Shown here piece after piece: positions 37,833 through 49,640 of a DNA stretch of 64,000 nt. Both the position numbers and the translations under genes were made by a program. Source of the stretch: Candidatus Polarisedimenticolaceae bacterium (GTDB lineage: Bacteria; Acidobacteriota; Polarisedimenticolia; Polarisedimenticolales; Polarisedimenticolaceae); the NCBI GenBank assembly GCA_963790785.1, contig CAWBPP010000007.1, positions 61,537-125,536 on the forward strand, in the 5' to 3' direction. Below the pieces are notes generated by a model, which was not told the origin of the DNA, ran no database searches, and was given only the letters and a program-made list of their open reading frames with translations. Every line of letters begins with the position of its first letter. The first letter of the stretch is position 1.

Positions 37833-40800
37833 TCAGAGTCCCTCCTGGTCGCAGGCGTTAACCGCCAGCACCAGGTAGTAGTAGCTGTTGAGGGTGCCGC
37901 CCTCGCCGGTATCCTCATGGCTCAGCCGGTCGGTCTCCGCCAGCAGGACGAACGTGGCCGGATCCGGCGATGTGGAACGGTAGATGCGGTACAGGACGGC
38001 GTCCGCCACCGCCGGCCAGCTCAACCGCACGTGGGCGTAGTTCACCAGATCGGCCTGCACCGGCGTCACTTCCCCGGGGATCCCCTGGCTGCTGGTGTTG
38101 GACGTTGCCGCATAGGCGGTATTGGAGTCGGTTACCCCGCTGTTGTTCGGCCCGGATCCGCAGGTTTCATCGGTTTCGGCCCGGACCAGGTAGGACAGCG
38201 GCACGCCGTCCGGCGCCGTAACATCGACGTACGACAGGGCGGCAACACCGGAAGCGACCATGTTGAGGGTGGACGGCGTAAAGCCGGGAGTAGTGTCCCG
38301 GTACACGGCGTAGGTCCCGCTCCCGCCGGAACCCCAACCGACCGCTTCGTCCCAGGAGACGATGACGCCACCGGCTCCGCAGGCGTCGCCGTCCAGCGCC
38401 GAGAGAACGCCGTTGAACGCAGGCGGCGTTACGCAACCGCCGCAGGCGGCGAAGTCCGGCAGACTGCCGTCCTTCAGGATGACGTCATCGATGTTCCATC
38501 CGGAGGAGACGCCGTCGTCGCCAAAAGGTCTCTGGTTGTCGCCGATGATGCCGAATGCGATGTTAACCGCTCCCTGGCCGTCTATCTGGGCGGAAACATC
38601 AAACACGCTGACACTGTAGGCATCGTCGGTGATGTCGGAACCGATGCTGTTGAACACCGTGCTGCCGCCGACGGTGATGGTGGCGTCGTCATCGCTGCGG
38701 ACGTTGAGGTAACGCATGATCCGCAACTCTGAATCGGTCCAGCTTGCCGCGTCAAGGGTCGGCGATGTGGCGGTGGGGGACAGTTGGTGCTCGTAGTCAC
38801 CGTCGTAAGAGTCCAGCCCGCTCAGGTCGTTCCCCAGCACACCGGCATTGTTGTACGCCGCGGTGGGGTCGGCGTTGCCGTCGCTGCCCCCTAAGCCTAG
38901 GGGCAGTCCGATTTCGAAGTCGCCCCCGAGATCCCAGCCGTTGACGCCGTTTTCAAAAGTCTCCCGGTAGTACAACCCCGGGATATCCCAGGTGCTGAAC
39001 GGGTGGGGCGAGCCTGCGGCGTCGGACACCGCCGTGTTGCCGTTGGCGTCGGTGGAGCTGACTCTGAAATACAACTGCTGGCAGATGTCGGCGCTGTTGA
39101 CCGCCACCGTGTGCAGGGTCGTCAACGTTGCGCTGCTCTCGACATTGCCCAGGGCGGTGGTCGTTCCCCACTCCACCACCGTGTCTCCCGGCTCCAGGGT
39201 CTCGAAGCTGACGGTGAAACGCTGATCGGTGAGGCCGGCGACCTTCAGGTTCCGGATAACCGGACCACCGCAATCCATGGTGGCAGAAGAGAATGATACG
39301 GCGGTGGCGCCGGCGCCGTCATCCTGGTCCCGGTAGGTGCCGGTGACCAGGTCGCCATGGGTGATCTGCAGCATGCCGTCGTAGGCGGGAGTGCCGGTGG
39401 CCAAAATAATCGAGCCGCCGAAAAAGGCGCTGTTGGCGTCGAGCTCGGTGGCGATTACCGTTTCCGGATCGGTCTCCGTGCTGCTGCTGAAAGTAACGGT
39501 CACCGTCTCCACCAGCCCCGGATCGGTGTTCAGGTCCAGGTCGGCCAGTTCGAAGGTCAGGGTTTCGCCGCAGGCGTAGGACGCTGCGTCCAGCATGATC
39601 CGGCCGGCATGACAGGGCTGCGGCCCCTGGCCGAAGTCCCCGTAGGTTTCGAAGTAGAAGTACTGGCCTCCGTTGTTGTCGGAGGCGGTGTTCCCCGATG
39701 GGTCGGTGGACAGTACCTCGTAATAGTAGATGGTGCAGGATTCCAGACCGGACAACAGGACCTGATGCGCGGTGACATCGGTGGCGCCGTCCACCGGATT
39801 GGCAGGCGGCGTGCCGTCGCCCCACCGCACCGTGCTGTTCGCCGGCTCGGAGGTGGTCCAGCTCACCGTGGCGCCGGTGTCGGTGATGTTCTCTACGCCG
39901 ACGCCGGAGATGATCGGGCCGAGACAGTCGGCCGATGCCGTGCTCTGCAACACCACGTCGATGCCGCCCTCACCGTCGTCGGCGTCGATGTACTCGGCGG
40001 TGATGACGTCGCCGTTGGACACCGTAAGCAACCCGTCGGCTGCCGCCGCCGCCGCTGTTGTCGGGATGCTGCCTGCGTACTTGCCCGAGCCGGCGGCGTT
40101 TCCGTGAGAATCGCCGTTTCCGGTGCGGTCTCGGTTTCTGACCAGATCGTCACCGTCAGGGTGCTGTCATCATGGTTGAGGTCCTGCACCCGCATCTGAA
40201 TGTCGAAGTCCTGGCAGGCGTAGGTCGGCTGGCTGAATATCACGTGGGCGTCAATCTGTTGGGCCGACGCCCTCCAGGCATGCGGACAGCGCTCCGGTGC
40301 AGACCGGGTTCGATCCGATCGGCTCCACCCGGTAGAATTCGGGAAGACCGTTCACCAGCCCGTCGTCCAGGTAGGTGGTAGCGGTCACTTCTGCCAGAGG
40401 TACCTGGGAGCGGTCACAGCCGTGCTCGTTGCGGTAGATCCGGTAGGAGGCTGCGTTGGCTACCGGGTTCCAGTTCAGCTCGAGGCCGTTGGACCACGGC
40501 TGGGTTGTGACCACCGGGGCATCCAGGACCGGGCAGGACCCGTTGCTCTGGTTCTCCGGATCCGATGCCGCACCACAGGCGATGTCATGCCGGTCAAAGG
40601 CGGAAAAAATCGCCGCCGCATGAGGGGTGCCGTTGTTCAGGTTGCCGTCGTCATCGTCCTGCAGCCGCAGCTGGTGGTACCAGGTATCGACGCCGCAACT
40701 GTCCGAATCCGGGAGTGTGCAGTTGTACACATTGCCGCCGGAGCCGGGGCGGGATTCGTAGAACAGCCGCTCCGCCAGCTGCCAGGAGGTGGCGGCGTCC

Positions 40801-42559
40801 AGCCCCGAAGCCGGCAGGTCCCGCATCGCCAGGTCGAACATCGCCTCCGCCGGCACGTAGCTGCCGCAGTGTATCTCCTTGCCGCAAGGATCGCTGCCGG
40901 TCGGGCAATAGGACGGCCAGGAAACCGGTGGGAGTGGCCGGGGTATGGGCGATCCGCTTGTCCCAGTCCATGTCCCGGACGCCGGTGCAATCAGACAGGT
41001 GTCGCCATAGCCGGTGCACTGCACCGCGGCCGGAAGCCCCGGCCGATGCAGGATTCATGGTTCTCGAACAGCGCCACCACATCGGCATAGACTCCGACGG
41101 GTTGTCGTAGCCACCGCCATCATTGGCGTCCAGGCCATGGCCCCACTCGTGGGCAATGATGCTCTGGATCTGGCCGGTGTTGCCGCAGCCGTTGCCGGCG
41201 CGGTACATGTTGAGGGTTGCCGCCCCAGGTGGCGTTGCAGGTGGAGTTGACGTTGGTCCGGATCTCCAGGGTGTTCTGGAGCCAGCTGTTGGCAGGCAGC
41301 CAGTATTGGACCTTCTGGATCAACCGCCCGATGTTGTAGAACGCCGACCGGGCGGCGTCGGTGTTGCCTAGCGAGGCGCCGGGCGCCACTTCGCAGTTGA
41401 TCCCTGCGGAGACGCCGAGATCCAGTTCCCCGTCGCAGGTCACCGTCGCCGCAACCGGGCCACACTGGTCGTTGAGAAAAATGTACGGTCCATGCAGATT
41501 GGTCTCGATGGTGTCGCCCGGGGTAGCGCACTCGTAAAGGCCGGACCCGTTGGTTATCTGGTCTGCGGCGCCGTTGATGCTGTAGTCGGCGAACGGCATC
41601 GGGTAGTTGTCGGTGAGGCAACCGTCGTTGGCGCAGTCACCGTTGTCGGTAACCGGGCTGAGCCAGCCACGAATACGGCTGTACTTGGTATCGTTGAAAA
41701 ACGCTACGATCTCGCCAGTGTGGGCGTCGACTTCGCCGACCCAGGTCGGATCGTAGTCCGGGTCGACAAAGGTGAAGCGGTAGATCAGCACATGATCGTA
41801 CCCTGCGCCTATCTCGCCCTGCCAGGCTCGGCCGGATGCGCCGGCAGGATCCAGGGTCACCAGGTGCAGGGACGGCTCTTCCAGGTCGACGTACAGGTGG
41901 GGACCGCCGATCCCCAGGTAGGAGTCCAGGTTCGCCCGGGCTTCCTCCACAGGGATCGCCGGCACGGCACTCGCCCGTACCCGGTCCCAGCCGGAGGCGC
42001 CGAACGATACCAGGTTGCCGTTTGAGATATGGAAACTGAAGCGGGCGCCGTCTACCGGAACGCTGTCCACCACCTGGCGGAAAGCGATCTGCCAGACCTG
42101 TTCAGCGCGCTGCACGGTCGCTTCCCGGTCCAGGACCAGTTGGCTGCCCCAGTTCCCAAGGAGTTCCGGCCGGGCGGCCAAGAACTCACGGGCCAATTTT
42201 TCCAATTGAGGCAGACTCGCCGCCGCGCCTTCCAGGTCGTTGCCGGCGCCGGGGATCCACGGAATCCCCTGGCCGCTGGCCAGGGCCGGCAGGCCGGAAC
42301 GGGTGTCCAGCCGGACAGTCCAGCCGCCGTGCTGCTCGTCTATGAAAGCTGCCCAGCCGACACGCAGAGGGTGACCCTGGGGCAGGAAGCTGCTTTGCAT
42401 GGTGCCGACGCCGATGGCGCCGCCCGATCTCGCCTTGGCAAAAATGGAGAGTTCGTGGCCTGGCCCGGGATCCGGCACCTGGACGGCCAAGATGGCCGGG
42501 GCCAGGATCAGGGCGAGGACGAGAAAGGCACACACCGGTACGAACATGCGACAGATCAT
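37833..42559 (-). pseudogene. Secreted thermolysin/fungalysin-like (M4/M36-type) zinc metalloprotease with PepSY-like propeptide and FN3/PKD-like C-terminal repeats, split over at least five frames
   Basis: The segments in order are:
- 41120..42559: signal peptide, then YRFTFVDPDYDPTWVGEVDAHTGEIVAFFN (PepSY), then NATWGGN;
- 40651..41208: AHEWGHGLD (HExxH);
- 40251..41024 and 39893..40243;
- 37833..40031: repeated FN3-like GATVSWTTSEPANSTVRWG.
The frame switches at ~41150, ~40990 and ~40245 (stop), with ~40100 back. Confidence 0.6.
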
Positions 42560-42700
42560 GCTGGTTGCTCCCGTGGTCTGCTGAACCGGTATGTATGTAC
42601 ACCATAAATGGCGTTTTGGCAGGGATTAGTACATTTAGCTGGAAAAAGTGCGCTTTTTAGCGCGATGATGCATCAATGCATGGGCGCTATCTGGACCGGT

Positions 42701-43222
42701 TCATCCCCCCGGCAGATCCCGGAGCTTCACCCGCTGCAGCTCCCCGTTCCCCCAGCGACGTTGCAAGTCGGCCAGCTGTTCCTCAGAGGGACCGATGACC
42801 CAGCACGATTCCCGGGGCAGATCCTCAAGCGGCTCCCCTTCTTCGTTCAGGGGGCAGATGTCCCGGAACTCCCGGACGGAGCCATCGTCCCGGGTTTCGG
42901 TCCAGCTCAACGGGAGGCCCTGGGTGCGGCAGACGTACGGCCGGCAATCGTAGATCAGGCAATTGTTCTCATCGTCGAGGAAAGCGCACGCCCCCTTAGG
43001 GTGGGGGGTCATCACCGACAACAGAACCTTGTGGCGGCGGCGAATCCGCTCCGCCTCCACTTCGAACACCGCAAAATCATCCACGCAGCAGTCGGCGCAG
43101 CCGGACCGGCACTCCATGCGCTCGGCGTGGATCTTCGCGACCCTTGCTGCTGCCCGGTCCACTGCGGCGTGGAACGCTTCCAGTTCCTCCAGAACCTGGT
43201 CCAGGTCGCCGCGCTGGGCCAC
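42701..43222 (-). CDS. YkgJ-family Zn/Fe-chelating domain protein (CxxCxxCC)
   Basis: CRSGCADCC and CAFLDDENNCLIYDCRPYVCR. 5 nt downstream of rpoD, probably co-transcribed. Confidence 0.7.
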   Translation of the reverse strand: MAQRGDLDQVLEELEAFHAAVDRAAARVAKIHAERMECRSGCADCCVDDFAVFEVEAERIRRRHKVLLSVMTPHPKGACAFLDDENNCLIYDCRPYVCRTQGLPLSWTETRDDGSVREFRDICPLNEEGEPLEDLPRESCWVIGPSEEQLADLQRRWGNGELQRVKLRDLPGG

Positions 43223-43227
43223 CTGGC

Positions 43228-44964
<1,737 letters not shown>

Positions 44965-45006
44965 AAGAGGCTATCCCTCTCGACCTTGCGCGCTCATGCA
45001 GTGCGA

Positions 45007-46788
45007 TCACGTAAGGGCGTCGATCTGTCTGGCCAAATGCGTTTGTTGCATCAACAACGCGTCCAACGTGGACTGATCCTGCGTTTTTCGAATCGCTTCC
45101 TGCACTTCCTTCCGTTGCCGAACAAGGTGTTCCCGGCGCATCGTTTTCAGGCACGCATCGGCCTCTTCCATACCGCCGGACGGCTCGTCGTCAAACGCGA
45201 GTTGCGTCAGAAGCTTCTGGTCCTCGATCCCCCCCGTCTTCTCCAGGGCCTCAAGCACCGCCGGATAGTCCACGTATTGTCCGCTTTCCTCCAATTTCAG
45301 GATGGTCTGTACAATACCTGAAATTCTCGATCCTTCCAGTTCGGCCTCGTGGCCGCTCTCCAGCATCTTCGCCCGAATGTCGTGCGACGCCAGCAACAGG
45401 GCCAGCAGGCGGCGCTCCACCTGGCGCACTTCCGGCGCTCTCTCTGATTTACCGCGATAGCTGAGATCTGGCCGGGCCTGTTTCAGGGCTGCGCGGAGTT
45501 CTTGCAGCACAAGGTCGTCATCTATGCCCAGGGTGTCGGCCAGCCGGCCGGCCCAGGAGACACGCTCAATCGGGTTCGCCATCCTGGCGATATGGGGCAG
45601 GACAGCATTCACCGCCTCGATTTTCTCCCGAGCCGAGCCAAGGCTCCGCCCCCGGCTTTCCCGGTTCACCATCCACTCGATGTACTCCGGCGCCTGCCGG
45701 ACCAGCCCGGCATAGGTTTCCGCACCGTGCTCGCTGATGACGTCGTCCGGATCCTGCCCTTCGGGCAGATCGACCATCCGGACCTCGAAACCCTGCTCCA
45801 GCAGCAGATCCAGGGACCGGACCGCCGCCTTGGAACCGGCGGCGTCGCCATCGTAGGAGACGATGACCCGCCGGGTGTACCGTCCCAGCAACCTAGCCTG
45901 GGCTTCGGTAAAAGCGGTACCCAGGGAGGCGACCCCCTGCTGAAAACCGGCCTGCACCAGGGCGGCCAGATCCATGTACCCCTCCACCACGATGGCGTAC
46001 CCTTCCCGCCGGATCGCCTCCCGGGCCAGATGCAATCCATAGAGGTGCTCCCCCTTGGTATACGCAGCTGTTTCCGGCGAGTTCAGGTATTTCGGCTCCC
46101 GTTCCTCCACCGGCGGGATCGCCCGGCCGCCGAAAGCGATGATTTTGCCGTACAGATCCTGGATCGGGAAGATGATCCGGTTGCGGAACCGGTCGTATTC
46201 GCCGCTGCCGTCCTTCCTGGGGGAGGCGAGACCGGCCTCAACCAGTTCGGACGGGGCGAACCGTTTGCCGGTGAGCTGGTTACGGAGGTGATCCCAGCCG
46301 TCGGGAGCGAAACCCACCGACAAGGTGTCCAGGGTTGCGGCGGACAGGTTCCTGGATTCCAGGTATCGGCGCGCCTGGGCGCCGGCGCGCTCCTGCAGCA
46401 TCTTCCGGTAAAAGTCCCGCGCCGCCTGGTTCGCTTCGAGAATGCGCACCTTGCGGTCGGTCTGCACGGAGCCGGAGCGGTCGCCTCGGGTCACGGGGAT
46501 CGGGATGCCGTTCTGCTCCGCCAGGATCCGTACCGCCTCGGGGAACTCCACCTGCTCGTACAGCATGACGAACTTGAACAGGTCGCCGCCGGTCTGGCAG
46601 CCGAAGCAGAAAAACAGCTTGCGTTCGGGATCAACGTGAAAGGAGGGTGTTTTTTCCTGGTGGAATGGACAAAGACCCCGGAAGCGGGAGCCTGCAGGCT
46701 TGAGAGGAACGTATTCGGAAACGACGCGAACGATGTCTACCGCACTGCGGACGGTTTCAACGAAATCACGAGTCAGTGTTCCCGACAA
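45007..46788 (-). CDS. dnaG: DNA primase
   Basis: Zn-ribbon CPFHQEKTPSFHV...FFCFGCQTGGD, TOPRIM domain. Confidence 0.95.
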   Translation of the reverse strand: MSGTLTRDFVETVRSAVDIVRVVSEYVPLKPAGSRFRGLCPFHQEKTPSFHVDPERKLFFCFGCQTGGDLFKFVMLYEQVEFPEAVRILAEQNGIPIPVTRGDRSGSVQTDRKVRILEANQAARDFYRKMLQERAGAQARRYLESRNLSAATLDTLSVGFAPDGWDHLRNQLTGKRFAPSELVEAGLASPRKDGSGEYDRFRNRIIFPIQDLYGKIIAFGGRAIPPVEEREPKYLNSPETAAYTKGEHLYGLHLAREAIRREGYAIVVEGYMDLAALVQAGFQQGVASLGTAFTEAQARLLGRYTRRVIVSYDGDAAGSKAAVRSLDLLLEQGFEVRMVDLPEGQDPDDVISEHGAETYAGLVRQAPEYIEWMVNRESRGRSLGSAREKIEAVNAVLPHIARMANPIERVSWAGRLADTLGIDDDLVLQELRAALKQARPDLSYRGKSERAPEVRQVERRLLALLLASHDIRAKMLESGHEAELEGSRISGIVQTILKLEESGQYVDYPAVLEALEKTGGIEDQKLLTQLAFDDEPSGGMEEADACLKTMRREHLVRQRKEVQEAIRKTQDQSTLDALLMQQTHLARQIDALT

Positions 46789-46862
46789 GCCGCCCCCTTC
46801 CCTTGTCGATCCGGCCGGACGGCCGTGGTGGCCCGTCCGGCCGGCATGAACAGCGGTAACTG

Positions 46863-47069
46863 CTACGCGTTCATTTTCCGCTCCTGGGCCAATCGCTTCA
46901 GGAGCTTCTTGCGCGCAGCCAGCGTCTTGCGTTTCCGTTTGACACTAGGCTTCTCGTAGTGCTGCCGTTTCTTGATCTCCGTCAAGATTCCGGATTTTTC
47001 ACACTTACGCTTGAAGCGCTTCAGGGCATTTTCGAGACTTTCGTCTTCCCGTACCTTGATAAGCGGCAT
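46863..47069 (-). CDS. rpsU: 30S ribosomal protein S21
   Basis: [29 protein letters not shown]. Confidence 0.9.
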   Translation of the reverse strand: MPLIKVREDESLENALKRFKRKCEKSGILTEIKKRQHYEKPSVKRKRKTLAARKKLLKRLAQERKMNA

Positions 47070-47309
47070 CGTATTTACAGTCACCCCGCTTTCATACCTG
47101 TATTGACTTCCACCCTATGCCGGGGGAAACCGGGTAAACCAAACCATTATTCTATCGGTTCAGCGGGAAATCGTCAAGATTCCGGGGTGTTTTGGGGTTG
47201 CGGAGCGAGAACGGCGCCTTTCCCACTACAGGGTGCTTATGGGTGTTTCGCGGCGGAATCCAGCCGTTAAGTGTCATTGTTCGGTGCAGGTTGACCAGGG
47301 TCAGGCAGG

Positions 47310-48065
47310 TCAGCGGGCCGGCCGGCGGTTTATCAGGGCGGCAGCGTACCCCCCTCCAAAGCCGTTGTCGATATTGACCACGGTCAAACCGGCAGCACAG
47401 GAGTTCAACATGGAAAGCAGGGCCGCTTCACCCCGGCCACCGTGACCATACCCGGTGCTGGTGGGGACCCCGATCACCGGGCAATCAGTGAGTCCCGAAA
47501 CCACCGACGGGAGCGCCCCTTCCATCCCGGCGACCACCACGAGCACCCTGGCGGTGGTCAACTGCTCGCGGTAGGCCAACAGCCGGTGCAGCCCGGCCAC
47601 GCCAACATCGTAGATCCGCTCAACAGCGTTCCCCATGACCTCGGCGGTAAGCGCCGCCTCGGCGGCCACCGGAATGTCGGCGGTGCCGGCGGAGATGACC
47701 ACGATCCCTTTCTTGCCCCGGGCCCGCTTTGCCGGGCGCCAGATGATAGCCGAAGCATCGTCGTGATACTCGGCGCCGGAGTGCGCCGCGGCGACCAGGT
47801 CGTACACCTCCCGGTGGACACGAGTCACCAGAACGGTCTGCCGTGCCTTTTTGACCCGGCCAACGATCTCCACGATCTGCTCCGGCTTTTTCCCCGGCCC
47901 GTAAATCACCTCGGGGAAACCACGGCGGATCGCCCGGTGCAGATCCAGGGTAGCGAACTCAAGGTGCGCCACGTCGGCCTGGCGGATCTGCCGGATCGCT
48001 CCCGCGATGCCGAGAGAACCGGCGCGGACCTGTTCCAGAAGTTGCTTGAGTTCCTTCCGTTCCAA
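47310..48065 (-). CDS. PurE-like (AIR-carboxylase fold) LarB-family protein, putative nickel-pincer cofactor biosynthesis carboxylase/hydrolase
   Basis: 251 aa with N-terminal extension plus PurE-like core (VVISAGTADIPVAAEAALTAEVMG). No larC/larE seen in the window. Confidence 0.55.
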   Translation of the reverse strand: MERKELKQLLEQVRAGSLGIAGAIRQIRQADVAHLEFATLDLHRAIRRGFPEVIYGPGKKPEQIVEIVGRVKKARQTVLVTRVHREVYDLVAAAHSGAEYHDDASAIIWRPAKRARGKKGIVVISAGTADIPVAAEAALTAEVMGNAVERIYDVGVAGLHRLLAYREQLTTARVLVVVAGMEGALPSVVSGLTDCPVIGVPTSTGYGHGGRGEAALLSMLNSCAAGLTVVNIDNGFGGGYAAALINRRPAR

Positions 48066-48130
48066 TGCCGTATCTCCTTGACCTTACTGCCAAAAACGCC
48101 CTAGGATAGGCGCTTCAGAAGGGAGCACCC

Positions 48131-48502
48131 GTGTCAGATCACCACTCGGAACGCCGCACGCACCAACGGATCGAACATACCATCGAGTTCGAAGGGGTTC
48201 ACGGCGAACACAACGCCGTCGCCCGCATGGTGGCGAGCAACCTCTCACTCGGCGGGGTCTATTGTACCTCGTGCACCGACTTCCCGGAGATGACACGGCT
48301 CGGCGTCAAGATCGCTCTCCCGGGCAACAGCGAACTGAATGTGGAAGCGGTAGTGGTCCGACGCAGAGCACTGCCGTCCCCAAGTGGCGGCGACGAGCGG
48401 TATGAGCTGGCGTTGTTCTTCACAAGCATCACCGAGGACGAGAAGGCGCTGTTGTCCGACTACCTGCAGGCGACGTCACAGCCGGCACAATCGAAAAATT
48501 AA
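48131..48502 (+). CDS. PilZ-domain protein (c-di-GMP binding)
   Basis: RxxxR (ERRTHQR) and N/DxSxxG (SNLSLGG) motifs. 123 aa. Confidence 0.75.
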   Translation: MSDHHSERRTHQRIEHTIEFEGVHGEHNAVARMVASNLSLGGVYCTSCTDFPEMTRLGVKIALPGNSELNVEAVVVRRRALPSPSGGDERYELALFFTSITEDEKALLSDYLQATSQPAQSKN

Positions 48503-48675
48503 TTCGTCGAAAACCCTTAAGGCCCTTGACACTCCGCGCGGTTCGCGCTGTAATCGCTGTGGTGGTGCGGACTTTCCGCGACCACTCCGTGAAAAACCGT
48601 GTCAGGGTTCTTCAATTGTCGCTTGAAGATTCACGGAAGGCAACTGTTGGCATCCTTTAGAAAGAGGTGGAAATC

Positions 48676-48951
48676 GTGAACAAGGCAACACTCATCGACA
48701 TGATCGCCAAAGACGCCAGCATCACCAAGACTGCCGCCGCCACGGCCGTGGACAGCATGACTACCGGCATCACCAAGGCTCTGAAAAAGAACCAGCGTGT
48801 CACGCTGGTCGGATTCGGCACCTGGAGTGTGACCAAGCGGAAAGCCCGCATCGGCCGCAATCCGCAGACCGGTGAAGCGATCAAGATCAAGGCGAAAAAG
48901 GCCATCCGCTTCAAAGCAGGCAAGCAGCTGGACAAGGCGCTGAACAAGTAG
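48676..48951 (+). CDS. hup: Nucleoid-associated protein HU
   Basis: MNKATLIDMIAKDASITK...RNPQTGEAIKIKAKKAIRFKAGKQL. GTG start at 48676. Confidence 0.9.
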   Translation: MNKATLIDMIAKDASITKTAAATAVDSMTTGITKALKKNQRVTLVGFGTWSVTKRKARIGRNPQTGEAIKIKAKKAIRFKAGKQLDKALNK

Positions 48952-48974
48952 CAACCCACCAAGAGATCGCACCA

Positions 48975-49007
48975 GCCCGGGATGATCCTTCGTCCCGGGC
49001 TTTTTTA
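48975..49007 (+). terminator. Rho-independent terminator of hup
   Basis: CCCGGG-atgatccttcgt-CCCGGG followed by TTTTTT. Confidence 0.7.
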
Positions 49008-49147
49008 TATGGGGACATTTATATATGGGGACATTCTGCTTTATCTTTCAATAATCGAACCGGCCTGTCCCGTTTGGCGAGAAGGAGCGACGGCGGATAA
49101 TTATTGAAAGATAAAGCAGAATGTCCCCATTTAATGTCCCCATTTAA
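49007..49147. repeat. AT-rich ~47-bp-arm inverted repeat (MITE-like palindrome) with internal ATGGGGACATT direct repeats
   Basis: Left arm atatggggacatttatatatggggacattctgctttatctttcaataat. Right arm is its reverse complement with 29/29 identity in the inner part. 44-nt GC-rich loop. Confidence 0.75.
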
Positions 49148-49148
49148 T

Positions 49149-49640
49149 TTATTCCACGACGACCAATGCGCCGCCGGATTCCACCGTCTGGCCCGGTTCG
49201 ACTTTGACGGCTGTAATCTTGCCGTCCTTCGGTGACTCGATCTCGTTCTCCATCTTCATCGCTTCGACGACGACCAGACCCTGGCCTTCGGTAACTGCGT
49301 CGCCTTCCTTCACCAGTACCCGGACCACCCTGCCCGGCATCACCGACTCCACCGTCTGGGGTCCTTCCCGGGCGCCGCTCATTTCCCGGGCCTGGCGCCC
49401 GGCGTCGGTGAACTGGACCTGCTGCTCCGAAGCGCCGTGACGGATAACGTACCCGTCGCCGGCTACCTCCACCGAGACCTCGTAGGACACGCCGCCGATC
49501 AGAATGGAGTAGAAATCCCCTTCAAGCTTGTCGGCGTTCACCAGCTTGCTCGCGCCGTCGATCTCCACCAGGTAATCTTTATCCTGGCGTTCGATGTTGA
49601 CCTCGTGGATCTCGTCTCCCGCCCTGGCTGTGATCTTCAT
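49149..49640 (-). CDS. Biotin carboxyl carrier protein of acyl-CoA carboxylase
   Basis: Biotinyl-lysine motif EAMKMENEI in the C-terminal lipoyl-like domain. ATGA overlap with accC. Confidence 0.85.
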   Translation of the reverse strand: MKITARAGDEIHEVNIERQDKDYLVEIDGASKLVNADKLEGDFYSILIGGVSYEVSVEVAGDGYVIRHGASEQQVQFTDAGRQAREMSGAREGPQTVESVMPGRVVRVLVKEGDAVTEGQGLVVVEAMKMENEIESPKDGKITAVKVEPGQTVESGGALVVVE

